This document shows positions 36,538-49,900 of a stretch of DNA of 64,000 nt, piece after piece. The notes beneath the pieces are model-generated. The model was not told the DNA's origin, ran no database searches, and was given only the letters and a program-made list of their open reading frames with translations. Origin of the DNA: Isurus oxyrinchus (lineage: Eukaryota); assembly GCA_026770705.1 (NCBI GenBank), contig JANJGN010000002.1:128650001-128714000 (forward strand). The letters run 5' to 3'. The translations under genes were made by a program, and so were the position numbers. How positions within the stretch are numbered: position 1 is the first letter of the stretch; the number at the start of each line of letters is the position of its first letter.

Positions 36538-38175
36538 CTGTCTCTTTATGGGGTATGTGGAATATTCCTTGTTACAGTCCTACTCCGGCCCCCTTCCACA
36601 ACTCTTTCTCCGGTACATCGATGATTACTTCGGTGCCGCTTCATGCTCTCGTCGGGACTTGGAAAAATTTATTAATTTTGCTTCCAATCTCCACCCCTCC
36701 ATCATTTTCACGTGGTCCATCTCTGACACTTCCCTTCCCTTCCTTGACCTCTCTGTCTCAATCTCTGGTGATAGACTGTCCACCAATATCCATTACAAAC
36801 CCACCGACTCCCACAGCTACCTCGACTACAGCTCCTCACACCCCGCTTCCTGTAAGGACTCCATCCCATTCACCCAGTTCCTTCGCCTCCGTCGCATCTG
36901 ATGATGCTACCTTCAAAAACAGTTCCTCTGACATGTCCTCCTTCTTCCTTAACCGAGGTTTTCCACCCACGGTCGTTGACAGGGCCCTCAACCGTGTCTG
37001 GCACATCTCCCGCGCATCCGCCCTCACGCCTTCTCCTCCCTCCCAGAAACATGATAGGGTCCCCCTTGTCCTCACTTATCACCCCACCAGCCTCCGCATT
37101 CAAAGGATCATCCTCCGCCATTTCCGCCAACTCCAGCATGATGCCACCACCGAACACATCTTCCCTTCACCCCCCTTATCGGCATTCCGTAGGGATCGCT
37201 CCCTCCGGGACACCCTGGTCCACTCCTCCATCACCCCCTACTCCTCAACCCCCTCCTATGGCATCACCCCATGCCCACGAAAAAAGATGTAACACCTGCC
37301 CCTTCACTTCCTCTCTCCTCACCGTCCAAGGGCCCAAACACTCCTTTCAAGTGAAGCAGCATTTCACTTGCATTTCCCCCAACTTAGTTTACTGCATTCG
37401 TTGCTCCCAATGTGGTCTCCTCTACATTGGAGAGACCAAACGTAAACTGGGCGACCGCTTTGCAGAACACCTGCGGTCTGTCTGCAAGAATGACCCAAAC
37501 CTCCCTGTCGCTTGCCATTTTAACACTCCACCCTGCTCTCTTGCCCACATGTCTGTCCTTGGCTTGCTGCATTGTTCCATTGAAGCCCAACGCAAACTGG
37601 AGGAACAACACCTCATCTTCCGACTAGGCACCTTACAGCCTTCCGGACTGAATATTGAATTCAACAACTTTAGGTCGTGAGCTCCCTCCCCCATCCCCAC
37701 CCCCTTTCTGTTTCCCCCTTCCCCTTTTTTTCCAATAAATTATAAAGATTTTCCTTTTCCCACCTATTTCCATTATATAAAAAAAATAAAGAAAACCCCA
37801 CTAGAGCTATACCTTGAGTGCCCTACCATCCATTCTTAATTAGCACATTCGTTTAGATAATATCACCAACTTTAGCTTTAACACCTATGTGTTCTATTGT
37901 ACCATTGTTGTTGACATCTTTTGATGATCTGCTTCTATCACTGCTTGTTTGTCCACACAACCACATCCCCCCCCCCCAACCCCAACCTCTCTCTCTCTCT
38001 CTATCTCTCCGCCCCCCACACACACACCTTAAACCAGCTTATATTTCAACTCTTTCTTGGACTCGACGTCAAGTTCTGTCGAAGGGTCATGAGGACTCGA
38101 AACGTCAACTCTTTTCTTCTCCGTTGATGCTGCCGGACCTGCTGAGTTTTTCCAGGTAATTCTGTTTTGGTTTGT
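36538..38175 (+). mobile_element. 5'-truncated Penelope-like retroelement (RT C-terminus + GIY-YIG endonuclease + 3' repeat), probably Neptune-type
   Basis: FLRYIDDYF, LPFLDL, HYKPTDSHSYLDYSSSHP, Cys linker CPRKxCNTC, NLVYCIRCSQCGLLYIGET..LGDRFAEH; two frameshifts (about 36900 and 37285); stop at 37680; TSD AGAGGCAATTAAT at 36525-36537 and 38176-38188. Confidence 0.93.
38072..38110 (+). ncRNA. Minimal hammerhead ribozyme motif (variant core CUGUCGA)
   Basis: Identical to 6027-6065. Confidence 0.7.
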
Positions 38176-39015
38176 AGAGGCAATTAATGCCCACTTAAGG
38201 GCCTTATTCCAGTGCTGCTGGTATAAAGCCAATGGCACGTGGGGAGCTCTACAAGTAAGCCCTTTTGGGGTTTGCTTCTGTACTTCTGTGGGACTTCCTC
38301 ATTCAAAGGTACTCTGCCTGATTGAGGAACTGGCATCGGGAAGGGGGGCTGCCTGCTGGGAGCCAATCCCCTCCCCCATGACCTTCCTCACGTCATAACT
38401 CATCTGTGGCCTGGGATCCAGCAACGATACCTGGCCTTGTGTTGTCGTATCGGCAGCTGCCACCACCTCCTCAGTGATGCTGCCTTCAATAGAGCTACTG
38501 GCTTCTGGTAGGCAGCTCATGGTAGGCTGGACTTCCGCCCCCAGGATTCTTGACCCCAGGGAAGGCTGGCCACTGTCCAATTAAGGGCCTTCCCTAAAAG
38601 AGGCACTGTGAGGCTCTTGCCATCTCTCCAGCCAGCAGGTGAGACTCCCATCGCCTCCATTGAATACCCCCCAAAGTTTAATTAGGCTTTTCCCATACTT
38701 AACAGGGGACAATCTTTCAACAGCTTCTGGATATCTTAAAAACTAAGCATGCAGGAAATCATGATTATAGTGCATACATCCCTAGAAACACACTGGGTCG
38801 AATATTTTTCTTAAAAGAAAGAGCTTACATTTATATAGAACTTTTCACCTTCTCAGAATTGATGAATTATTTTTTGAAGTACAGACACTGTTATGCAGCT
38901 AAAAGTGATGGCCAGTTTCAGAATAGCAAGGTCCCACAAACAGCAATGAAATGAATGATCTGATCATTTTTTTTCAAGTTGGCTCTGATATAAATGCCTG
39001 CCACAACAACAAGAA

Positions 39016-40204
39016 CACTTATCACCCCACCAGCCTCCGCATTCAAAGGATCATCCTCCGCCATTTCCGCCAACTCCAGCATGATGCCACCACCAAACAC
39101 ATCTTCCCTTCACCCCCCTTATCGGCATTCCGTAGGGATCGCTCCCTCCGGGACACCCTGGTCCACTCCTCCATCACCCCCTACTCCTCAACCCCCTCCT
39201 ATGGCACCACCCCATGCCCACGCAAAAGATGTAACACCTGCCCCTTCACTTCCTCTCTCCTCACCGTCCAAGGGCCCAAACATTCCTTTCAAGTGAAGCA
39301 GCATTTCACTTGCATTTCCCCCAACTTAGTCTACTGCATTCGTTGCTCCCAATGTGGTCTCCTCTACATTGGAGAGACCAAACGTAAACTGGGCGACCGC
39401 TTTGCAGAACACCTGTGGTCTGTCTGCAAGAATGACCCAAACCTCCCTGTCGCTTGCCATTTTAACACTCCACCCTGTTCTCTTGCCCACATGTCTGTCC
39501 TTGGCTTGCTGCATTGTTCCAGTGAAGCCCAACGCAAACTGGAGGAACAACACCTCATCTTCCGACTAGGCACCTTACAGCCTTCCGGTCTGAATATTGA
39601 GTTCAACAACTTTAGGTCGTGAGCTCCCTCCCCCATCCCCACCCCCTTTCTGTTTCCCCCTTTTTCCTTTTTTTTTCCCTATAAATTATATAGATTTTTC
39701 TTTTCCCACCTATTTCCATTATTTTTAAATATTTTAAAATCTTTTATGCTCCCCCCACTCCCACTAGAGCTGTACCTTGAGTGTCCTACCATCCATTCTT
39801 AATTAGCACATTCGTTTAGATAATATCACCAACTTTAACTTTAACACCTATGTGTTCTTTTGTACCATTGTCGCTGACATCTTTTGATGATCTGCTTCTA
39901 TCACTGCTTGTTTGTCTACACAACCACCTCTCTCTCTCTCTATCTCTCCACCCCCCACACACACACCTTAAACCAGCTTATATTTCAACTCTTTCTTGGA
40001 CTCGAAATCAAGTTCTGTCGAAGGGTCAACTCTTTTCTTCTCCGCCGATGCTGCCAGACCTGCTGAGTTTTTCCAGGTAATTCTGTTTTTGTTTTGGATT
40101 TCCAGCATCCGCAGTTTTTTTTGTTTTTATCTCTGTGTTTAATTGACTGCCACTGCTCTTCAAGAAATGCCTACCTCCTTGAAGAAGTTCTGTTCCTCTC
40201 TGCG
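39016..40204 (+). mobile_element. Second 5'-truncated Penelope-like copy with open GIY-YIG frame, nested in a Deu SINE
   Basis: Near-identical to 37073-38170; uninterrupted frame to the stop at 39622; ACAAGAA at 39009-39015 and 40205-40211; host SINE resumes on both sides. Confidence 0.9.
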
Positions 40205-42587
40205 ACAAGAAAACTTTCTGCTCATCTTCGAATAGTGCAATGTGATGTTTATGTGCTTCTCAACAAGCAGATGGCGCCTCAGTTTAACCATTCTGTCAGT
40301 ACTGCAGCGAAGTGTCATGTTCATGTAGGTTATGTTCTCAAGTCCTCTCTGACTCGGGGGCTGAATGTTATGACTAAGCCATGCTGACAAAGTGTTTATA
40401 TTGTCATCATGTCAGATGACTGACAGGTTTAGGTGATAGTAAAAAGAATTGGGGCGATAAGATAATATGGATGTTACTTCCTTGAATTGGTGGAGCAACA
40501 TTAAAAGAGAGAAGGTTTAACCATCACAAATATCTTTAAAAAGCTCTAACCCACCGAGTCAAATATATGCATGTAAAATCAGATTCCCCTTTTACTTTCC
40601 AAAATAAAATGTAATTTTTTTACTGCCCAAGTGAAGGCACATTTTCTTGCTTATCTGAGGCCTTGATCTTTTGAACATTGTACAACTTGCCTTGCATTAT
40701 CAGAACTGTTACATATTGTAAAATATTTGGACTTGAACATGTTCATGAGTGGGGCATGTATGATTTAAATACATCTAAAGGGGATTTAACCTCTCACATC
40801 TTCATATCAGAATTCGCACCTGTCACAGATTTGCAAACCAGCAGATCATCTCAATTAATTGTTGCTATAAGTAATGTGACATTATTAATATTGCAGCTTC
40901 TGCACGAGTGCCAAGGGCCGATATAAACTTAAGCATATTCAAACCTTTCCTTGTGTGCAATACTGTTGATTTGACAGGACCTTAATACATCTGTCAGCGG
41001 CACGACTTGTCGCAGTATTGTAGGATGGTGAATACTGTGGCATTTCTGCCAATTTTCCTAATTGGACTTGATAAGTTCATAATTTTCCCTGCATTATCAG
41101 GTCAGTTTTTACATATTGTAAAATACTTGGACTGGAACATGCCCAAGATTGGGGTGTATGTGATTTTAAAACACCATAGTGTGCATCTGTTTGACCACAA
41201 AACATGAATCAATTATCAGCTGAATCAAGGCTGCCACACTCATGCAGTCCTGAGGGAGTGCTGCACTGTTGGAGGTACCATGTTTTGGATGAGGCTTTAA
41301 ACCAAGGCCCTGTCCGCCTTCTAAGGTGGGTGTGAAAGATTCCATGGCACTATTTTAAAGAGCAAGGGAGATACCCTGGTTGTCCTAGCCAATATTTAAC
41401 CCTCAATCAACATTTAAAAAAAAAAACAGGTTATCTGGGCATTATCACAATGCTGCTTTTAGGTGCTTACTGTGTACAAATTGGCAGCCATGTTTCCTTT
41501 AGAACAATACCTTTCAAAAGTACTTCATTGGCTGTAAAGTGATTTGGGACGTCCAGTGGTGGTGAAAGTCTTAATTGCAGTGGCCATGAGCAGCTCTACA
41601 TGCTTTATATGGGCTTAGACTAAACTGTGCAATGTGTTGTTTTGTTGCTTTTACAGTTGACTGCCACAAACCCTTTTTAAATATAGAGCAGTAAACTATG
41701 GCCAGCTACGCCTGCAGTGATTCCACTCTTAGAACTCATTCATTCTGGTTTTAAGATGCAAATTATATCCATGAGGAACACAAACCACTGTGTTACGCAT
41801 ATCAGTTCTTTAAGCTGAGACATGTGGAAAAGCTTAACATTTGTTCAAGCTCAGTGGATGGATTTTGTTTTAATAAAGCAGGATGAGAATACTTTCATGT
41901 TACCCCTAATTGTAATCTCACTCTGTGACCACTGGGAGCAAAATAACATGGTCTGCCTGTAATTTTTATTATTATTCACATACACAAGCAGTCTCAGCTG
42001 TAGAGCATCTATCAGTGACTAGGTTTATTATCAAGTATAGATCCTCATCCATGGCAGTCCTCAATACAGACATAAATCAAAAGCTGAGTGCAGGTACAGC
42101 CTCTGCCACTTACAATGTCCACGGTTATTACAGACAGCTGCCTATACAGAGCGAGTAGCACAAACTATTTGCCAGTATCATAGGTGTCACTTATAACATA
42201 CTGAACTTGCTGGTTATTTTGGCAGTGGTGACTCTAACAGTGGTTATCATTGATAAGAAATCAGACAAGGTGACTTAAGATTTAGCTGCTAATTAGCTTC
42301 ATGTTCTCTCAGACTTTGTTGCAGTCACTTTCAATTTTTAACTGATTATTTCCTAACTAATGGGAGGGAGGGGGAATATTTTAAACATTTTTGTTCTTCA
42401 AGAAGAAAATTATGACCAAATTTGGAAGTTTGTGATCACTTAGTAATCTGTGTTGACTGGGTGAGTTTTATGAATGACCCTCAACAGTTTATAATTTTAT
42501 TTATCCAGTTTTCTCTTTCCTCCTTCCTTTTCACCATGAAACATTCTATTCAAATTAGCACCCCTAAGCAGGATAGGCTTTAGGTTT

Positions 42588-44119
42588 AAGCTAAAAGCAA
42601 ATTACTGTGGATGCTGGAAATCTGAAAAATACCTGGAAAAACTCAGCAGGTTTGACAGCATCTATGGAGAGAGACAGAGTTAACGTTCCGAATCCATATG
42701 ACTCTTCTAAAGAGAAGTAAAAATGTGGTGAAATATATACGGTTTAAGGGGGGTTGGGACAGGTGAAGCTGGATAGAAGGATAGGTGGAGGCAAAGGAGA
42801 GATTGCAAAAGATGTCATAAACAAAAGGTCGAAGGGGTGTTAATGGTGATGATACTGGCTAAAGGAGGTGCTAATGGTCACATTAAGAGTAGAAAGCAGG
42901 ATGAGCAAGTTGGGGGGAGGGGTCAGTATGGGAGAAAAGATCGAAATAGGCTAAGGTAGGGATAAAACAACGAGTAGAAATAAATTTAAATAATAATAGA
43001 AGTAGGTGGGGAAAAATATATATATATATATAAAAAAAATTTAAAAATTAATATTTGAAAAAAGGGATCAAAAAGGGGTGAGGATGGAGGAGAGAGTTCA
43101 TGATGTGAAGTTGTTGAACTCAATGTTAAGTCCGGAAGGCTGTAAAATGCCTAATTGGAAGATGAGGTGCTGTTCCTCTCAGTTTGCATTGAGCTTCACT
43201 GGAACATTGCAGCAGGCCAAGGACGGACATGTGGGCATGAAAGCAGGGTGATGTGTTGAAATGGCAAGTGACAGGGATGTCTGGATTATGTTTGCAGACA
43301 GACCGAAGGTATTCCACAAAGTGGATACCCAGTGTACGTTTGGTGTCTCCAATGTAAAGGAGATCACATTGGGAGCAGTGAATGCTGTAGATCAAATCGA
43401 GGGAAGTGCAACTTGAAAGGAGTCCTGGGACGGTGAGGGGGTCAGGGGGGTGGCTAGTAAAGGGGCAGGTGTTGCACCGTCTGTGGTTGCATGGGAAGGT
43501 GCCGTGGGAGGGGGTTGAGGTGTTGGGTGTGATGTAGTGGACCGGGGTGTCCCGGAGGGAATGGTCCCTACTGAATGCCGATAGGGCGGTGAAGGGAAGA
43601 TGTGTTTGGTGGTGGCATCATGCTGGAAATGGCGGAGGATAATCCTTTGAATGTAGAATTAGGTACTTTACAGCCTTCTGGACTTAATATTGAGTTCAAC
43701 AACTTCGGATCATGAACTTCCTCCATCCTCACCCCTTTTTGATCCCCCTTTTTTCAAATATTTATTTGTAATTTTTAGATATGTATTTTTCCCCACCTAT
43801 TTCTATTATTATTATTTTTAAAATTTACTTCCACTCATTATTTTATCCCAGCCTTTTAACCTATTTCGATATTTTCTCCCACACCGTCCCTTCCCCCACC
43901 CCATCCCATTAGGGCCATCCGTCACTTGCTCATCCTGCTTTCTACTCTTAACTTCACCACTAGCACCTCCATTAGCCAGTATGACCACCACCAACATCCC
44001 TTTGACCTTTTGTTTATAACATCCTTTGGAATCTCCTTTGCCTCCACCTATCACTGGCCTTCTATCCAGCTCCATCTTTCCCACCACCACCCCTTAAAAA
44101 GCGATTTTTGTTTTTGTTT
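42588..44119. mobile_element. Older Penelope-like subfamily in inverted arrangement with 14-bp TSD
   Basis: Minus arm to about 43660 encodes IYSIHCSQCDLLYIGDTKR; plus arm about 43660-44119 repeats the 3' end; TAGGCTTTAGGTTT at 42574-42587 and 44120-44133. Confidence 0.85.
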
Positions 44120-44179
44120 TAGGCTTTAGGTTTCCCTACTTTGGCCTGGGCACAACTGTAAGTGGAGTCCCAGGAAATG

Positions 44180-45090
44180 ATCTGCTTTTATCTACCCAAC
44201 CCTATCTCATCATAATTTTAAAAACCAAAAGCAAACCAGCTTGTGTTCTGATGAAGGGTCGTACGGATTCGAAACGTCAACTATAACCCTCTCTGCAGCT
44301 GCTGTCAGACCTGCTGAGTTTTTCCAGGTATTTTTGTTTTTGTTCCAGCTTGTAATCTCTTCAGTTCCAACAAAAGTAGCCTCAAATTGCCAAGCTTCTC
44401 TTTTTACTTATATTTTCTCATGCCAGACAGCATTTTAATGAATCTGTTGTAATGTCTGGTGAATTAAACAACTTTCCTATACCATTTGGTCTAATAACTG
44501 CATACAGTACTCTTAACTGTAGGCTTAATTACAAAGGTTTTGTATAGGTTCACCTTGAATTTCGAGTTTTATATTCTATACTACTTGCCATAAAAATTAA
44601 TTTTCTGTTTGCCGTTTTTTTTATGAGCTGTCATTTATGGTGTTTTCTTAATGTCTTGCGAACCTAAACATCTCTGCACTCATATTACCCAACCTTCCTC
44701 CATTTAAAGTATAATCCTTATCAATATCCCCTCTGTAGCTTCTTTTGGTCCACACAATTATTTATTCCTATTTTAGTATTATCTGAGAATTTGGACACCA
44801 CTCCGTCTAGTCCTAAATCTAACTCTGATGTACATGGTGATTAGAAGTAATTCCAGAACACAACACTTCCAACAATTCTGATAAACTGTCTTAACTCCTA
44901 TTTTTTTTTTCACTAATTGTGACTGTGTTAATCGAGTTTGCCTCCTGTTCTTTAACTTCATACTCCATGACTATCTTCAATAATCTCCTATGGTAACTTG
45001 TCAAAGGCCTTTTAAAAGCTGAATGTAAATTTTTTTTAGGCTTGATAAGTATCAGACCAAAATGATTAACATTGAGTGCATAGCAGCCAA
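44180..45090 (-). mobile_element. Highly degraded CR1 LINE hosting the 100-bp insert
   Basis: Minus-strand remnants of KAFDK (aaggcctttgacaag) and EYCMQ (gagtactgtatgcag). Confidence 0.55.
44245..44344 (+). mobile_element. 100-bp PLE insert: canonical-core hammerhead plus tail, 9-bp TSD
   Basis: GTT-CTGATGA-A-GGGTC-GTACG-GATTC-GAAACGTC-AAC followed by the PLE tail; CCAGCTTGT at 44236-44244 and 44345-44353. Confidence 0.8.
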
Positions 45091-46215
45091 AGGTGCCGGG
45101 GATTGTTATTTTAGTGAAAGGGTGAAAAAAAGGTGCTGAAAGGGTTTTAGCGCACAGCTTTGGTCCCAATGGCTGATTACTATAATTTGAATTTGAGTGG
45201 AGAGGCTAAAACAGAAAGCTTCAAAGTTTAGCATTTGTGCTGATCTGGTAAAAATTTTTGTGGAGCAGTATATGTGGGCTGCACTTACCTGCTTCTATTG
45301 AAGGTGTGCAGTGGGCTGGCCAACACAGGTTTCAGGATGGCTCAGGGACCAAGCAAGAGGGCAGACTGATTCTCCGATACAACAATGGAGATCCAAAAAG
45401 AGCAGGGATGTATAGGAGTCTAGTCAGGAAGGGGTCCACTTTGCTGTCCTTGTCTGTCTCTCTCCTGAAGCAGCTCTGCCTGGCCTTATCTCCTTCACCC
45501 ATTCCTCTTGCAGACCAAGGAGGACTCTTAGCAAGATGCTGATGACCAAGTACTCATTTTCCCTTGGTGACTGCTATAAATATGTCAAATGAGGTAGCGT
45601 AACACAACACTCACTCTCACTGAGGAGTCCTCAGAGAATTTCCAGAATAAATGTTGATCGAGTGTTGCTTAAGTCTTGACAAAGGGCCCCAGAGCACCAC
45701 CTAAAGTATTTCAAAAGACCTCTTCCACCCTCGAGCAGCAAGTGAATGGTAAAGGGTGATATAACTTTAAGTAGCCTCTGCAATGAATAGTTTACTCCGG
45801 ATCATCTGGTGGTTTTTAGGAGAGTGTGTTAGGTCAAGAGAAAGCTACTAAAATGTTGTTTACCATGCTTAATGAGTTCAAGCAGGCAATTTAAGCGGCA
45901 GTCAGCTGCTTAGCGATCCTCCAGGGAACCATGCCTGACCCAAGCTTCAACTCCTCTATCAAGATGTCACTCTGCACTAAACGCGAGCTAAACTGGCATT
46001 TCAAATATAGCCCCATTAGCCTACGCAGAAGCTCTTTTGCTCCTAGTATCCAGGGAACCCTTTTTTGTATGCAATTTTTCTTAGCCAACTCAACAAGGAG
46101 GAAACTTAATGTGAGGACAGAAAATAAGCTTTTGATAAAATCTAAGCACTGCACCCAGCTCTCTGCTGACCTGGATATTGAGAATCCAGTTCCCTATTGC
46201 CCTGTAGTTGTGCAG

Positions 46216-46963
46216 TGTTATGACACAGCAGTTTGTAAAGGCTGAGTTATTTAAAATCCCAGAGGGAAACTTTAAACAACTGTCATAACCTATATTTTTA
46301 TTTGGTATGTTTTGAATTGCAGCTCTAAATTCGGGAATAAGACCACCAGTTCTCGAGGTTTTTATATCACATGATATATAATGAAACGTTTATTAAGTTA
46401 CAACAAATTAAACACATACACGTAGCTACAAATCACTACTGTCACAACGTTTAACAACTTCCCAAATTAATCTCTATTAAGGCAACAATAACCAATAGAC
46501 TTAATCAGTCACCAGGCAAAGCATTTTCACCTTACAAATTCAAAATGAGGTTCCTTTCAATTTGGTCCCTTTGCAGACAGTTGTAGACTTACAGGCTTAG
46601 ATCTTACGTGCCTCTGACTTCCGCACAGAAAACCCTCTCAGGTTATACCCAGCCTTTCCCTTTGTATGTAAAATTTCGTTGCATCACCAGGCCCTTTGAC
46701 CACTTTTCATAGCACTAATTTTATTAGTAATATAAACATTGCTTGGTATCTCCTAGCTAGATGCAAGATTTCACTCCCACCCTTGAATGCTCTTTTCAAC
46801 AAAATGCAAATGTACCCTCTACCTCTGTTTACATCTCAAAATTACTATATGTCAAAGCCCCCAGACTAGCTGGCTTTAATCCACTTAACACACATACAGA
46901 CTAAATCTCTATTTAAAAAGAAAATTCCAATAACATTAAATACATTAATATCTCTTCCTGACA
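46216..46963 (-). repeat. 3' LTR (748 bp)
   Basis: TGTTATGAC...TCCTGACA on the + strand; adjacent polypurine tract (minus strand GGAAGGGGGA, 46964-46973). Confidence 0.92.
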
Positions 46964-49900
46964 TCCCCCTTCCTATCAAAAAATGAACCGTCATAATTCT
47001 AAAAGATGATTTCATTTTTTAATAACCCATCTCACACTATCTCCAATACTTATTATGCTATTACATTACCCGATGCATGCATTAACATAAGACATACAAG
47101 TCCTTGGTATCAACAGAAATCACTCCAGTTAAGCGTCCTGGTTTTTTTTAAATGTCCAATTTTCCTTTAAGCTTCAAACTCTTGATAACGCATCAGCGAA
47201 CAGATTCTCTCTTCCAGCATCACAATCCATCGATTAAATGGTTGTAATAATAGACTCCATTTGAAAAGTCTTGCACTTTTATCTCGAAATTTGTCCAGAA
47301 ACTTTAAAGGATTATGGTCTGTATAACAATTGTTTTTGCTGAGTTATTTGCAACATAAATTTCAAAATGCTGCAATGCTAACACCAAACCCAAATTCTCT
47401 TTTTGATCGTTGAATATCCTCATTATTGTACATTTAGCTTCTGTGAAAAATACCCTATCGGTTTTTCAAGTCCAGCGTCATCTTCTTGTAACAGTACAGC
47501 CCCAATGCCAATATTGCTTGCGTCAACAGCCAACTTGAATTGCTTGGCATAATTGGGTACTGCCAAAACTGGTGGTGTCATTAATACAGCTTTCAAACTA
47601 TCAAATGACTTCTGACGCTCCGGTGCCCATTCAAACCTCTTGTTCCTTTTTCATAGTTCAGTTAATGGAGCCACCACTTGGCTAAAATTTGGTACAAATT
47701 TCTGGTAAAACACACTCATGCCCAGAAATCTCAAAACTTCTTGTTTTGTTGTAGACACTGGGAAACCCATGATAGCCTTGACTTTCGCATCTCTCAGAGC
47801 CACTTTACCATATCCAGTGGTATGGCCTAGATACGTAACTTGCGCTTTTACAAATTCACTTTTAGCCAAGTTCATCACCAAATTAGCTCCTTGTATTTGA
47901 GTAAATAATTCTTCCAGATGCTGACGCCTGACTGAAAAATCTTAGATGATCAATAGAAACAGCACAATTGCTTAGACCTGCAATTACTTTGTTTGTCAGT
48001 CCTTGAAATGTCACAGGTGCATTCTTCATACCAAATGACATGATTTTAAACTGACATAGTCCACTTGGGCATTACAAAAGCTGATATCTAAAAGCTGATA
48101 TCTCCTTTGCTCTATCCAACAACGGTACCTGCCAATATCCTTTTCTCAAGTCAATCTTTGTGATAAATTTAGATGATCCCACTTTCTCAATGCAAACTTC
48201 CAACTGTGGTATAGGATATGAATCTGCTTTTGTCACTGCATTCACCTTTCGATAGTCCACACACAGTCTTTGTGTTCCATCCAGTTTCGGTACCAGTACA
48301 ATAGGCGAACTCCAGTTGCTGCAACTAGACTCAATGATATCATTTTGAAGTATGAAATCAATTTCTTTTTGTACTTGTGATAACTGTGCCGGATTTAATC
48401 TAAGGATGTGGCGTTATGAAGATAAAACCTGTACTGAGGCATCATGTATAACTAAATGTGTCTTTCCCAACTAATTTCCACAAATAGGTTTGTGTGACTG
48501 CAATAGCTTATCCAAATCACATTGATTTAATTAAATCAAAAGGTTTGGAAAATAACTCAATATTTCATTTAAATTTTCAAGCACCTCTTCATTATCCAAT
48601 TTGATTAGTGGGAAATCAGTTTGAGTCCTCTTTCTCATCCACCATAACTAATACCTCTTTTTGTTTCTCTTCCCTGTCAAAGCACGTTTTACATATTTAC
48701 ATGACACACCCTCTGCTTCTTTCTTCTATCTAAAGTATTTATTAAAAAAGTTACTTCGCTCAATTTATTTTCAATCCTGTAAGGCCTACTAAATCTTGCA
48801 TTCAATGAATCACTAGTACTGGTTACAAAACTAATACTTTCTCTCCAGAAACAAAACTGCGAGTTTTAGCTTTCTTATCTGCCTTCACTTTCCCCATTTG
48901 CTGTGATGTCTTTAAATGTTCCCTAGCCAACTCTCATGCTCTGTTCAATCTTTCCCTGAAATTTGATACGTAATCCAGGAGAATAGTTTCTGAATTCTGA
49001 CCCACCAATTTCTCATGAATCAATTTCAATGGTCCCCTTATCTCATGACCATAAACTAGTTCAAAAGGGCTAAAACCAGTTGATGCACTAGGAGCGTCTC
49101 CAATACCAAATAACAAAAATGGAATTCCTGTCTCCTCATCCTATGGATAATCCTGACAGTGTGCTCTCATCGTAGATTTTAAAAGTTTGATGCCATCTTT
49201 CCAAAGCTCTTTGTGACTCTAGATGATAAGCCGTTGACTTAAAATGTTTTATCCCTAAACTGTTCATTACTTCCTTAAACAGCTGTGATATGAGATTTGA
49301 TCCCTGATCTGATTGTATTTCCTTAGGTAAACCATACTTTGAAAAAAATTTAATTAACTCCTCACAATCCTCTTAGTTGTGATATTTCTTAAAGGTATGC
49401 CTTCAGGAACCCTGGTAGACACATCCTTTACTGTCAGTAAATATTGATTTCCACTTTTAGTCTTAGGGAGGGGCCCTACACAATCAATCATGACCCTGGT
49501 AAAAGGTTCTTCAAATGCTAGTATTGGGATTAAAGATGCTGCCTTAATCACTGCTTGTAGTTTTCGTGTTATTTGACATGTATAACAGGTTCTACAGAAT
49601 TTGACTACAGCCCTATGCAATCCTAGCCGAAAAAAATACCTCTATCTTTTCCTGTTTTCCTAATTCCTAAATGTCCCCCCATTGGAATTTCATGAGCAAT
49701 TCTCAGAATCTCATTTCTATACCCTAATGGGATAACAATCTGATGCACCTCCCTCCAGTTTTCATTTGCTGAGACATGATCCAACCTCCATTTTCTCATT
49801 AGAATATCTCCCTGAAGGTAATAACATACCGGAATACATTTTGCTTCTGTTTCTGAATAAACTTTCTGATATAACTGTTTTAATTGCAAAATCATTTTTA

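Larger units (their letters stand above)
36394..38672. mobile_element. GC-rich TIR element split by the Penelope insertion
   Basis: GGGTGGAATTTAAT...ATTGAATACCCCCC; 36394-36537 joined to 38189-38672 is collinear with 16724-17414. Confidence 0.6.

Noticed and set aside
36555-37680. 245-aa and 259-aa Pro/Ser-rich ORFs as novel proteins
   Set aside because: They are frameshifted pieces of the single PLE ORF; the low-complexity parts are off-frame reads of C-rich DNA.
42680-42720. Hammerhead in the older PLE minus arm
   Set aside because: The CUGA part is missing and GAAA reads GGAA; a dead remnant.
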